Assembly (NCBI GenBank): GCA_963575745.1
Contig: CAUYUJ010000021.1
Location: 1 to 64,000 of the forward strand
From: Prorocentrum cordatum
Taxonomy: Eukaryota
DNA: 64,000 nt
Direction: 5' to 3'
Part shown: one piece after another, positions 24,463-36,700 of the stretch
How the letters are laid out: each line of letters begins with the position of its first letter
Position numbering within the stretch: position 1 is the stretch's first letter
The notes under the pieces: generated by a model
Seen by the model: the letters and a program-made list of their open reading frames with translations, nothing else
Told to the model about the DNA's origin: nothing
Databases searched by the model: none
Position numbers and translations under genes: made by a program

Positions 24463-25003
24463 TCTCCTCCTTTCTGCCTGCCCGTGAGTACGCGTGGCTC
24501 CGCGTCCACGGTGTCAGGGCGTGGGGGCGGGGGGTGCCCCGTCACTGCGCGCCGCTTTGCGGCCAAGCGCCCAACTGGCGGTCTGCCAAGCCGCCTAGCC
24601 ACGTGTCAGCACGTCGCCTTTCTTGTTGGGGCCTCTTTCTTTACGCGGTCTGACAGGTGAGATCATCATCGTCTGTCCGCCGTCTGTAGCGTCTGTCGCA
24701 CTGCGCCGGGGGAGGGGTTTTTTGTTGCCCGCCCTCGTATCTAAAGGCTGCACCGCCGCAAATAGTGTTTGCGAGTTGTCGCACCGCAGTGCGCCTCGCG
24801 GACGGACCCTGGTCCGCCTACTTGTCCGCTCTCTCTCTCTCTCTCTCTATAGTCTCGGCTCGAGAGTGCCCAGCACTCAGACCGCAGCCGCGACGCGAAG
24901 CGCCCCGCCTCGGAGTCAGACTCCCAGGCCTCGCGAGACCGGAGGGGTCCCAGCAGGACCCTACTGATTCGCGTCACCTCTCCCCACCAGAGCGCCCGCA
25001 GCA

Positions 25004-27574
25004 ATGGCCCCCAGTAAGCCGGAGCGCCGTCGCTCTTCCAAGCAGCCCCCGAGCTCACGTCCTGCTGCTGAAGGGTCTCTCCTCCAACGCAAGCAGGACT
25101 GCATCGCAGCTTTCAAGCAAGCGGGGTCTGACCGCCCCACGGCCGCATACAACGGGCTTGCCGAGCTGAACGCGGACGAGCTCCAGGCAACGTACGACAT
25201 GCACAAGACCAACACGAAGAAGCTCGGCAGTGCCTTGATCCGCATGTGCGCCGCCAGCCAGATCAGCTACACGCTTGATCACCACCAGCGCAGCAAGCCT
25301 AAGCGCATTGGCGGTGACACATCACACCCACCAGCTGGGTCCGCACGTCTTCAGGCTGCGGACACCCAATTCATCGCCTTGGACCCGGCCTTTTGGAAGG
25401 TCCCTGTCCTCGCCGAACCCACATCACCTGACGACGGCAAGACGTACAAGCCCAGTATCAGCCTCCACGACTACGAGAGCGGTGAACGGCTGCTGCAACA
25501 CCACCTCGAGCAGGGTAAGCGTACCACGGGTCAGCTTGCGATTGCTGTCATGGGCCCAAAAAACGATAACTACGTCGGTACCGAGCTCGCCGTCCCCGTG
25601 CTGAAGCGTCACCCCAAGGCGCCCAAAGTGGTCCACACGCACGTCCCCGTGACCGTGTACCAGCTGGGCACCAAGGAAGTCGCCTGCACGGAAAAAGTAG
25701 CCGTCGCCACCATCGACCCTGCCGACCACGTATGCTGGATTCGGGCGACCATACATGAAACCGAGGCCATTGCCGCAGTCCCCTCCATGCATCAGGCCTT
25801 TGAGGACCAGTTCTCGGGAGGTGCCCCCGTAAACGGTGGTCCACGCGCCAAGGGTCCTTTCCGAGGAGACTCCGCTCCACAGGACAAGGCGCGCCAAAAC
25901 CAAAAGCACAGGGAGTCCAAGAAAGACGCTCGCCGCCAGGAGCTCGATAGTCAGCTCCAGGACACCTTCAAGGCCCTCTTCCACGGCAACTTTAAAGCCG
26001 TCACCATCCTCGAACCCTGCAAAAGCCTAGGCAGGTATGGATCGGGCGTCGGAAAGAGGTCCCTGGCTGCCACCTTCGGCGTCAGTCTTCAAGCGGTTGA
26101 CAAGGTCTTGGCGGGTTCAGGGCAACTCGGCGCCACCTACGACCTCAGCAACGTAGGTGCAGACGAGCCCACTGCAGACAAGTACCAGACCGTGTGGTTC
26201 CCTGAGGACCAGCCCATCACGATGGCAGATGCGTTCCAGAAGTCGGTGGATTTCAAGGCCCTGGGAGTCGTCAGGCACGGCAAGTCAGGCTTATTGGGGA
26301 TCCGTGTTTCACGAGGGTCAGACGCCGCCAAGGCTGCTGCCGTCAGCATCCGCGGCTGCGAAGCCACCCTCGCCAAGACGCGCTACCGCATCACTGGCAT
26401 TGCGGCGCGCCACGCCACGCTGACCCAGCTCGCCAAGACTCTCACGGGCCCGTCCGTTAAATGGGACTGTGAGGTCTACCACACCGCCTGGGACCCAGCC
26501 ACCGCGGCTCAGTTTGCCTTAGTGCGCGCCCATCGTCCCCCACTCACATATACGGTACAGGTCGCAGGGTGCCCCATCCCGTGGAGCATCACCGAGGCCC
26601 CGCTGGCTGAGGTGGTGCCGAAGCGGGACAACGTTACCATCGTCACGCCTACCACCATCACAGAGCCTGTGACGCCGCCAGCCCGTGGTGGCGGCTTCAG
26701 CCCCGCCACTGGCACACTCCTCACCAAAGCGGCCCAGAGCCCTTACCTCCACGACCTCATGACTGCCACGCCCAAAGGCAAGGGCGTCGCACCGCTCCCG
26801 ATCCCCAAGGAGGAGCCTTTAGCCAAGCGCCACCGATCCTCCAGCGGGAAACGCGACGCCACGCCGCACGCAAGATCACACGGCGCACCAGGCCGCAGCT
26901 CCTCTGCACCCCCGCACGGCACGGACGGAGCCGCTGAGCAGACGGCCGTCCCAGGATCAGGTGGTCATGACCCTCGGCTTGGCACGGTGGCGGCTGAAGG
27001 TGGGGGCCACACCGAAGGGGACGCTGCCACAGCCGCCGAAGTACCAGGCGACGCTGACGACGTCGAGATCCTCTCATCAGGTGGTGAATACAGCGTGGCT
27101 TCCCACGAACTCAACACCTTCGGCGAACGCTTCGCATCGGCCTCTAAACAGCCAGATGCCGCCACGACCCGCATCCAACACATGGAACAACAGCACGAGC
27201 TGCTAGCCAACACGGTGGGTAACATGCAGGTTCAGCTTGCGGGCGTTCTCTCCTCCCAGGCCACACTCACGGAGCACGTCTCAGGGTTGGAACGGGGGCT
27301 TGCCACCGTCGTCACCCAGCAACAGACGGCAACCGCCGACGCCGCTGCACTGCGTGGCGACATCCAGGCCCTCCTCGGGCACCTCACGGGGGGCACCATC
27401 CACCTGCCACAAGTGGCCACTCTGGAAACTAAGAAGGAGGAAGCTGCATCAGTTGCCGATCCCGTGGCTGTCTGCGGGTGGATCGACCAGCCAGGCCAGG
27501 TCACCCCAGGGACGGGGCCCCCAGGGGCTGACAAAGGCAAAGACAAGGGTCGGGCCACCCAGGAACCCTATTGA
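25004..27574 (+). CDS. LINE ORF1 protein, copy 2 (856 aa)
   Basis: Differs from 8750..11320 at only a few residues. Confidence 0.85.
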   Translation: MAPSKPERRRSSKQPPSSRPAAEGSLLQRKQDCIAAFKQAGSDRPTAAYNGLAELNADELQATYDMHKTNTKKLGSALIRMCAASQISYTLDHHQRSKPKRIGGDTSHPPAGSARLQAADTQFIALDPAFWKVPVLAEPTSPDDGKTYKPSISLHDYESGERLLQHHLEQGKRTTGQLAIAVMGPKNDNYVGTELAVPVLKRHPKAPKVVHTHVPVTVYQLGTKEVACTEKVAVATIDPADHVCWIRATIHETEAIAAVPSMHQAFEDQFSGGAPVNGGPRAKGPFRGDSAPQDKARQNQKHRESKKDARRQELDSQLQDTFKALFHGNFKAVTILEPCKSLGRYGSGVGKRSLAATFGVSLQAVDKVLAGSGQLGATYDLSNVGADEPTADKYQTVWFPEDQPITMADAFQKSVDFKALGVVRHGKSGLLGIRVSRGSDAAKAAAVSIRGCEATLAKTRYRITGIAARHATLTQLAKTLTGPSVKWDCEVYHTAWDPATAAQFALVRAHRPPLTYTVQVAGCPIPWSITEAPLAEVVPKRDNVTIVTPTTITEPVTPPARGGGFSPATGTLLTKAAQSPYLHDLMTATPKGKGVAPLPIPKEEPLAKRHRSSSGKRDATPHARSHGAPGRSSSAPPHGTDGAAEQTAVPGSGGHDPRLGTVAAEGGGHTEGDAATAAEVPGDADDVEILSSGGEYSVASHELNTFGERFASASKQPDAATTRIQHMEQQHELLANTVGNMQVQLAGVLSSQATLTEHVSGLERGLATVVTQQQTATADAAALRGDIQALLGHLTGGTIHLPQVATLETKKEEAASVADPVAVCGWIDQPGQVTPGTGPPGADKGKDKGRATQEPY

Positions 27575-27733
27575 AGGTGCCTCAGAGAGCCTGCCTCAGC
27601 CCTCCGAGGAAGCGCCTTCAGAGGCATCTCTTCCCTCTTCGCGTCGTATCTCTTTCTTGTCATCTCATGTCTGTTTCGGCAGCAGCACGCGCAAGCTATC
27701 TGGTGTAGGGACACCCGTAGTCTTGCAGGGGGC

Positions 27734-30700
27734 GTGATTGTAGCAATGTACATGAGCATGCAGGGGTATTTGAGGATGCGTGCTGACATGCAGCTTTTGG
27801 CTCATCGCTCGCGCCGCCCGCCAGGCCTCGCCATCATGTGGCGCCTTGCCTGCAGCCTGGCCCTCCCCTCGCTTGCTGGAGCACACCCGTCTTCAGGCGG
27901 TGCGCCCCAGCATGGAGGTGAGGTTTTCCTGCGACATGCTGAACGTGGGACTCTTTTCTACCTTTACGATGACAGCATCTACAAGTACGATCACTGCACC
28001 ATTTTGGACCCGATCGTGAACAGCACCGCCGCCGCGGGTCCGTGCGGCAAAGGATCGCTGGGCGCCATCGCAAGCGCATCCGCGCCCTCGTCAACTACGA
28101 CACATGTTTCGCAGTCCACCCCCAGCGTGGCCTCGACCGTTGTGCAGCAGATCCTTGACGGGGACGTTGATACAGGCCAGGCACGCAGTGGCGGCTTCAG
28201 CCCCGCTGTCGTGCCCCGCTATAGCCCCACGGGTTTCACTACCCCCCTGTGTGCTAGGGGCGAACCCGAGGAGGACCCCGCTTTCTGGCACCTGATGATG
28301 ATCCGCGCCCGGCTCATACCGTGCGCTGCGGCGTGGGCACCAGGTGAGGACCACCAGGACGTGTTCTGGGCATGGCTCGAGGACTGCGTCCCGTACATCC
28401 TGGCGACGCTTCATCTGCCACAGTACGATCACCTCTCCCAGGAGGACTCTGAGGACACAACCGACGCCCTGCGCCAGCTCACCGCGTTCGACATGTGCGA
28501 GGACATCTGGTACAGAGCGGGCCCCGACAGACAGCGCACAAACCGCAACCTCACTCGTATCCAGGGCAGCCGCGAGTATTCCACCCGCTACTTTGGCCTC
28601 CTTCTGGAATACCAGGGTGCACGTGCCCAGCTTGTCGGTCCTGAGGCTTTCACGGCACCTTTGCCGCCATACCTCTCACGGGCCCACGCCTTACTACCAA
28701 GAGGCCTTCCTCCACCCGACCAAGACGCCCTGGCGTACCTCGCTGATGCGATCCTGCACCACCCGACAGACATGCAGCCGCTTGTCGAGGCGGAGCTCGC
28801 CGCGGCACCGATGGAACCGCTTTACCCACCACCGCCAGCTGGCCTCGCCCAGCACGCCACGGGTGATCAGGCCGCAGACGACCCCGTATCATGGCTGCTC
28901 CAGCACATCGCGGCCAGCGACATCAGCGACCCACCCCTGGACTCGTTCCACGCGTCGGACGATATCAGCAACATATCCCTGGGCTCGGTCCACGTGGACG
29001 ATAGCCAGGACGACATGGAAACCCAGGATCGCGACGGCACAACACCACCAGGCGACACGGCCCAGCGTGACCGCGACAGTGAACCCTACTTAGGGCACAC
29101 CTCGTCGCACAGCAGTCCGCCCAACAACTCGGCCCAGGCCGACCCCTACGCACAGCTCAACGACGCTGAAGGCGTCACTGCCGCCGACGCGACAAGCCAT
29201 TCCACTGCATCGCCAGCTCATGCCAGCCCGTGCAGTGGCGGCTTCAGCCCCGCTGCACCACTGGCTAGACCTGGACATCCCCAGACCGCAGGTGGCAGCA
29301 CCACGCCCCGCACCTCTGTCTGCCGTGTTAACGTGACTGACTCCAACCCCAGTGTCATTGACCACTGGCAGGCCGACATCGACAACGACCCCATCGATGA
29401 CGAGTACCCAGATGCCAGCGGTTCCCACGAGGCCCAGCACAGCGCAGCGGCATCACGACACTGTGGCTGCCTCATTTGCCTCTTTGTGGCCACGTACGCC
29501 ATCGTGATAGCAATGCCGTACAAGGACCAGATCGATGGGTACTTACCGACACCGAGCCGAGACCCCAGCTACCGACAACGACGACGACGTGAAGCGGCGG
29601 CACCAGGCCCATCTGTGCCCACTACACCCCGACGCACAACGGCATACAACGTCACGTCCGCATTGTGGGCTACTCTCAAGTGGACCAGCGCCAAACTCAG
29701 AGATATCGTCTCGGGCGGAGCCAGCGCAGTCGGGGTCGGCCTCGGGGGTGTCCTGAAATGGGCCAGCGGCAAACTCGGGGCTATTGCCACTGGCGGAGTG
29801 GTGTGCGGTCTTCTACTCGTCGGCGCCAAACTCCTCGCTCAAGGAGCCGTCGGACACGTAGGAGCCCGCATCTGTGCGCGCGCCCTGGACTCATCCACGG
29901 CCCAGTGGTGCCTCCGCTGTTGCCAACCGAGCAGGAGGCCGCGTGATGAGGCCACATACAACATGCCGCGCACGCTTGCCGACGAACACGAGGACCAGCA
30001 CGTGCACTCACTCCGACATCCGCTGCTACAGGAACACTACGCCGCAGCAGTTGCCGCCGCAGTCGCCGATGTCACCACCGCCACCACCGCCGCCATCGTC
30101 GAAGTCACTGCCGCCGTATCGCGAGCCTCGTCTGCCACACCACGATCGACCAGCCCGTCTCCGCGAGACGGCTCCAAGAGCGGCGCGGCCTACGGTAACC
30201 TACCGACTAATGAAGATGCCACAGCACACGGCAGCGACACCGAGGCAAGGGAAACACGTGAGTACACCCACGTTAGCCCGTGGTCCATCTTCCGACATGC
30301 TGATGCTCGTGGTTCCTCTCCCGACGCGGACACCCAACCACCACGACGGCGAGCACGCTATGCATCACCCGCCAGGCCCCAGGCGCCTTCAGGCCCTGGT
30401 ATGCCTTACACAGCCCTCAAGCCACCGACACGCAACTTACGCAACACTATCCAGCGCGACCCAACGGTCCCCGTGCCGCCGACGAGCATCCTCAACGCCC
30501 TGTACCAAAACGGCTTTGCGCTTGGTAACAGTGGCGTGTCTACAGAGGACATCAAAGACGCTCTGCGACTCCACGACCATCCTCGATTCACCCATGATCT
30601 AACACTCCACGCGCTGGGGCCGTGGACTGACATCATGCAGAGGCCCCCGAACCGCCTCACTTGGGTGCTCGAAGACTCGGGCGGGAACTCAGGCGAGACG

Positions 30701-33700
30701 ATTTTCCCCTACCTCACGTGGGACCTCCGCCAACCCACCACCGACGCGCCCACTGTCTTCTGGCATGGGACCCGCGGCGACCTTGCGGCCCGTCTAGCTG
30801 CCAGCGGAGGGCACCTCTTGCCAGGTCCCCGCCGTGAAGCGAAGGGCCGAACTGGCACCAACGTTGGCCGCACGTACGTGAGCGTGCACCCTTCGCTGGC
30901 CGCGTGGTACGCAATGCCGCCCCACCCGCCCTACAGTCTCGAAGACGACACCCTCGCGTGGGGACCCATCGCACTCTGGATGTGCGAGGCCACCCAACCA
31001 CCGCGCGGGGAGAACAGGCACAACTTCGTGAAAGGGGAAGCCCACGGAGCGCGTCTCATTTACCCTCGGGTCCTGAGCCCCCTCATCCGCATGGACTGGT
31101 GCGCCCCCACAGAAGCTGCCTCCAGGTGCCGTGCCCTACCACATGCCTATGGCATGGGCGACTGTGCGCACGCCCTCCACATCGCTGGCTACGATCATCC
31201 AGATCTCCGTGAGGCGGCTGAAGCCCACGACCAGGAAGCTAGCACCCGGCGCAGGCTGGACAGAGCGGCAGCGTGGCCACCGCCGCAGGCACTATACTCG
31301 CCAGAGGCAGCGCGAGTATGGGCCAAACAGCACTACGACACTGAAGCAGCCACCAGGGTCGACCCCAACCAGCCCCGTCCACGCGTCTCGCTTCGCAAGC
31401 TCCAGCTGGACCCGAAACCACTCATCGACCTGGTGTACACTGGCTTGCAAGCCGTCCCCGTGCGGGGGCATCCCGACGCACGCGAGTCGCGCCCCAGCGG
31501 CTCCAGCCCTGGGGCCGCGTCTGGCCCACCGCGCACTTACCAGTCAGGTGCAGCCCTGGCGCACAGTCCAGACCGCTCATCGACGACATCAGGAGCCGAC
31601 GACCGCCGTACGCTTTCCCTCATCAGCGCGGCCGCCGCCCTCGCCCGAGGCCACGCCCGCCCACGGCGATCCGCCTCCCGTTCGACACGGCAGAGTGGCG
31701 GAAACTCCACTTCGGACAACAGCGACATCGAGACGTGGGAGCACATCGAGACGGAAGAGGAGCCTACTGCCTACCACGTCCTCGCCTACCACGTCCGCGA
31801 TGTGCGGGCCCGTGCCAATGCCCCTGGCATCGAGGTCTGGCTTGACCCTGGTGATCACCACGACGGCGCCTACTTACCGTGGGGGACGACCGTCATGGGC
31901 CATCGCGTCATCGACCCTGCGGTGGCGGGGCGTGACGGCTGGGTCATCCTCCACCACGACCACGGCGACACCACTACCAAGCTCTGGGTACCGACTCAAG
32001 TCCACGTCAAAGCGGACGACACCTGGCGCACGGTCATGGTACCAGCGGACATGGGGCCCCAGTGGATCGAGCGCCATGCCGAGGACGCTCGCCTCCCCGC
32101 CGAGGTTGTCCGCACTACAGGCCAATCCTGGTTTGCCGACGTCTGGCCCTTGTGGGATCGCCCCCGACCTCACCCAGACGACCCAGGCACAAACGAGCAT
32201 GCGCTCCCGCCCCTACCAGGACGCTGGTCTTGCCTACAGTGCCGATTCCAATGTTGTCAGTACTGTGCGGCTCGCCGCAACACACAGCTCGGCACCTCGG
32301 GCCAACCAACGTGCCCAGACTGTGCCCGCTGCGGACTGCGTGCACTTATGGACTGGTCCACGGACTACTCTTGCAACAGTTGGACGTGTGCTTACAGCAC
32401 CGACAACAGGGACTCCGACACATGCTGCCTGTCCAGCAGGTGCCCCCATCCGCCCAGTCCACACAGCCTGCTCGACGTCCGTGCCACAGGGATGCCGCCG
32501 CACATCCTTGCCCGCCAATACGGCAACGCGCCAGCCCACCACGACCTCAAGGAACCCCCCCGAGCGCCTTCCGGCCCCGGGGGGGAGCCTCCACAACCAG
32601 GCCAAGCAGGTTACCAGGGTCAATGGTACTTTCCTCCGAGGCCGCGGCGCGTCCCCAGGCAGGGACTGCCTGACGGCACGAGGCGGCCACCTGGGTTCAC
32701 AGGAACGGGGATGCCCGAAGAACCGTCCCCCGACCAACCTCTCTGGAGGGAAGGCTACGTGCCCTTCGGCCCCCACCAGGCCCTCAAGGAGGAATTCACC
32801 TTCAACAAGACGGTCCGCCGACCCTACTCCCTAGCCATCACCAACATGTACAGGGACCGTGTCACGGTCAGGACCGTCTGCGAGTCGATCGCCGAGCGCA
32901 TCCACACTACCCGCACCCGCTGGCGAGATGTTGTACTGTACTGGGACGCCGAGGGTGGTCCTGGGCCTCAAGCTCTCGACTATGACATGCGACTCTGCGA
33001 CGCCATGGTGAGCCGTGCCACGACCGAAGCCGAGCTAAACCACGACCGCAGCAACCGTGGTAGTTTCTGTCTCTATGGACCAGCGCACCAGCGAGCTGCA
33101 AACATCACGGCGCTCTCCGAGCCGCAGAACATCGACTACACGGAGCATGTGCGGCGATACTCACCCGTAGGGGAGACCTACCCAGACCACGCCTTCGAGC
33201 ACGTCTATCGGGGCTGGCAGCGGCCCGACGTGCCCACCATCCTCCCCGACACCCGCCCCCTCTCGAGAGCCGACCAGCAGCGATATCAACAGCACCAGCA
33301 GCGCATTCAGCAGCGCGACCAACGCGACGCAGGACAGCCGAGCACGCCACGCTACCGCTCCCCCGCGCGCGTCCCGACTGGCGGCAGCACGGCCTACGGC
33401 GGGGCTGCCGCCTATCACCGTGGCCCCATTGGCGCCAGGCCCGCGGCGGCTGGAGCAGCCGCCTCCAGTTACGGCCATGCCCCTCACGCCAGGGTGCACC
33501 CAGCGGTCATCGGCTACCCGCGTGCACTCGTGCAGGCCCCCCCACGGGCCACATCGCCCGTGCCAGGGTCCACGCGCGCCTGGGGCCATTACCCAGGCCG
33601 CCATGACGGCACCCCCAGCAACCAGCCCGCAGTGGTAACCCCTGCGGCTTCAGCCCAGGGGGCTGCAACAAACCGTGGCAGGACAGGGCGCCCTGAAGGA

Positions 33701-36700
33701 TGGCGCGATGCGAACGAGCGTGCTTGGCAACCGCGCCAGCACACGCCCCCGCCAAACGTGGCCGCAGCGCTGCGCCCTGCCCAGGCAAAACCTGCCCCAC
33801 CTGAGCGGGAGAGGCAGCCGCTCGTCCCGCTCGTCCTCACGTACACCCAGGCGCATCACAGCGCCTCCCCGCGGCACAGCGAGGGAAGCGCCCATCACGT
33901 CAGCCCCCGCCCCGACGCTGTCGACCCTGACCAGGCCACAGCCACGGCGGAGGGTGGCACAAGCGGCGCCCGCCAGCCCAGCCCATCACCCTGCGCGGCG
34001 CCGATCCGCTCCCCGAGCAGGGCGGATTCCGAGCGCGCTAACGCCCAGGCGACCTCGCCACGCGACCGCCACACGGGCGGGCGCGTCCCGCGCAGCAGGT
34101 CCTGCAGCCGCCACAGCTCGCGCAAGGCCCCTGGGAGCTCCACGAGCTCGCCGCCTCGCGAGACTCAGGCTGATGGCCGAGCCCCCGAAGTGGTGCCGCG
34201 CTTCGGTGCCAGCGCCATCGAACCTGGCCAGGTCGACCTCGAGCCGACGCCGTCCACGGACCACGAGCTGCCGCTGCCCACCCGCGTGGTCGTCCCCATC
34301 GACGAGGCGCCGACCTTCGACCCGTTCAAGAACAAGTACCGCGTCAAGGACCTTGCGGCGGGTTTCGGCGGCGGCTCACCGCTCTCACCCCAGAGTCGGG
34401 GCGGAGCCCCCGCCACCTCAGCCGCTGCCGCGGCAGCGGCGGCCCCGCGTGGAGTCAGCCCTGTCCGCAACGCGTGCCTCGCGGCAGCGGGCATGGACGA
34501 GGCCCAGCGCCAGGCCACCGACCGCGCTGCTCGAGCTGTACCACCAGATGCTGCTCATCACGGTACTGACGGGGCGGGCGCGCCGCCGCAGGACGGACCA
34601 GCGGTGTCGCGTGCGCAGTATATGCGCGTGCGTTGCGCCGCTGCCGCGCCGAGCCGCCGCCGCTGGTTCGCTTTTGCTTTTGTGTTCGGCAGGACGGATC
34701 GAGGAGTCGCCTCCCTCTCCCTCTGCTGCCGTCTCACCTCTCCTCCCCTCGTCCCCTATGGTACAGGAGTGAGGAGGATTTTTCGAGGCAGTTTTACTGA
34801 TGTTTATGAACCCCCCCTGGCGCAGTGCCGACCATGTCTCGCCTATACTTCTGGCCCGACGGCGGCTTCGGCCCCGGTCAAGCCAATCCATAGGAACGCC
34901 ATGAGCTCCTACTGTGGCCAAGCCTTCTACCTGGGTGAGGGCCAGGCTGACCTCCACCGTGCGGGGCGTGCCAACCCCAGCTCCACCGATGGAGACGGGC
35001 CAGGTCGCTCCATACACCTCGTCAGCCTAAACATCACCAGTCTCTCAGCGAACTGGCCAACCATCACCGCTCTTGGTGTCGACCACAACGCCGCAGTCAT
35101 ATCACTGCAGGAGACCCGACATGCCAAGCCGACCAGACAAGCCATCGCTACCAACGCCGCCAATCCACACCACGGGGGATACCACGCCAGTCTGGGACCT
35201 GACCTGGATCTGGCGCGAGCCCAGCGCAGAGCTGCCCACGGCGGCACTGACCACACCGTCGTGGGCAACACTGGCACCTCGGGAGGGGTCGCCATCCTCT
35301 CCAAGGATGCCATCGTCGACTCCACTGTCGACGACACTGCGCCCTGTATCGTCACCCTCAAGGCCAAGAAAAGATGGCACGAGGCCTTCCTCCCGCTCTG
35401 CACTCAGCACCGCCGCAGGCGGCGACGAAACAACCACGGGCCCGCTGGGATCTACATAGCGAGCCTCTACGGGGTAGCTGGAGGAGACAGCACAGACCTG
35501 TTTCGGCTCGCTGACTGCGCCGCCGCAAGGGTCGGCTCAGCCCCGTATTTCATCTGCATGGACGCCAACACGAACATCGACGACAATCCACACCTGCTGC
35601 ACATGATGCAGCACGGATGGTTTAACGTCGCTGAGGGCACACCAGACCACACCATGCACACATACGGCAATATCCCTGACTGGGACCGCGTCACCAAGTG
35701 CCCCCGCACTTCGCGCATCGATTATATCATTGCCAACCAAGCGGCGCGATCCCTTGTCACCGACTTCTGCTATCTGCGCGACTTGCCAGCGAAGTCCCAT
35801 GTTGGCCTGCAGGTCACGCTTGACCTCAGTCGCCTCGACCATACGGCCCGACGCCTTCTTGCCCCCACGCCCTACCCTCCCAACGATGGAGCTCATGAGG
35901 GCCACGAACTGCAGGCACTAGGGACCCTCATCGCAGGGCGATACCAGGACCGCATGGAGCAGGCCGACACACGCGACGATGTGGAACGCATGTTCGCCCT
36001 GGCTAACGAGGCCAGCCATGAGTACCATCTCACCCGTCTGCGCGACCTGCCACCTCCACCGCCAGACCACCCAAAAAAGAAGCCCCCCACCATGCACGGG
36101 CTCACGCCCACGTTCGAGGAGCGACCCGTTGTCCCCCGCGCCTTTCCCACCTACGGAGCTTCCACGATACACATGAATTGCATGCGCAAGCTCCATCGGC
36201 AACTTTGTGAGCTTCGCTTCATCGGACAGCACCATCATTTAGACTGCCGTGCCATCCCGCCGTACCTGGCGCAGCGCATCGACTGCACGTGGACCGCGGC
36301 CCGCCTCCTCTGTCACAAGCTGCGCCCCACGGTTCTCCTGGCCCTTTCCCGAGGCCTGGACCCCCGACGAGCCAGCACCTCACGGAGAGCATCTTGACTG
36401 TCTGATCCAAAACCTCGACTCAGAGCTGGCGCGACGTGCAAACCGTGCCAAAGCTGAACGCATCAAGATATGGGCTGGGGGCGTCCGCGAGCCAAGCGGG
36501 CGAAAAAATAAAAAAAAAAAAAAATAAAAAAAACTAAAAAATAAAAAAAAAAAAAAAAGGAAAAAAAAAAAAATAAAAAAAAAAAAAAAAAAACAAAAAT
36601 AAACAAAAATAAAAACAAAAAAAAAAAAAAAAAAAAAAAAAAGGCGGCCATATACGCACGGGCTGCTGACAGCTCGCCCACGGCGTATCTCCGCACGCCT

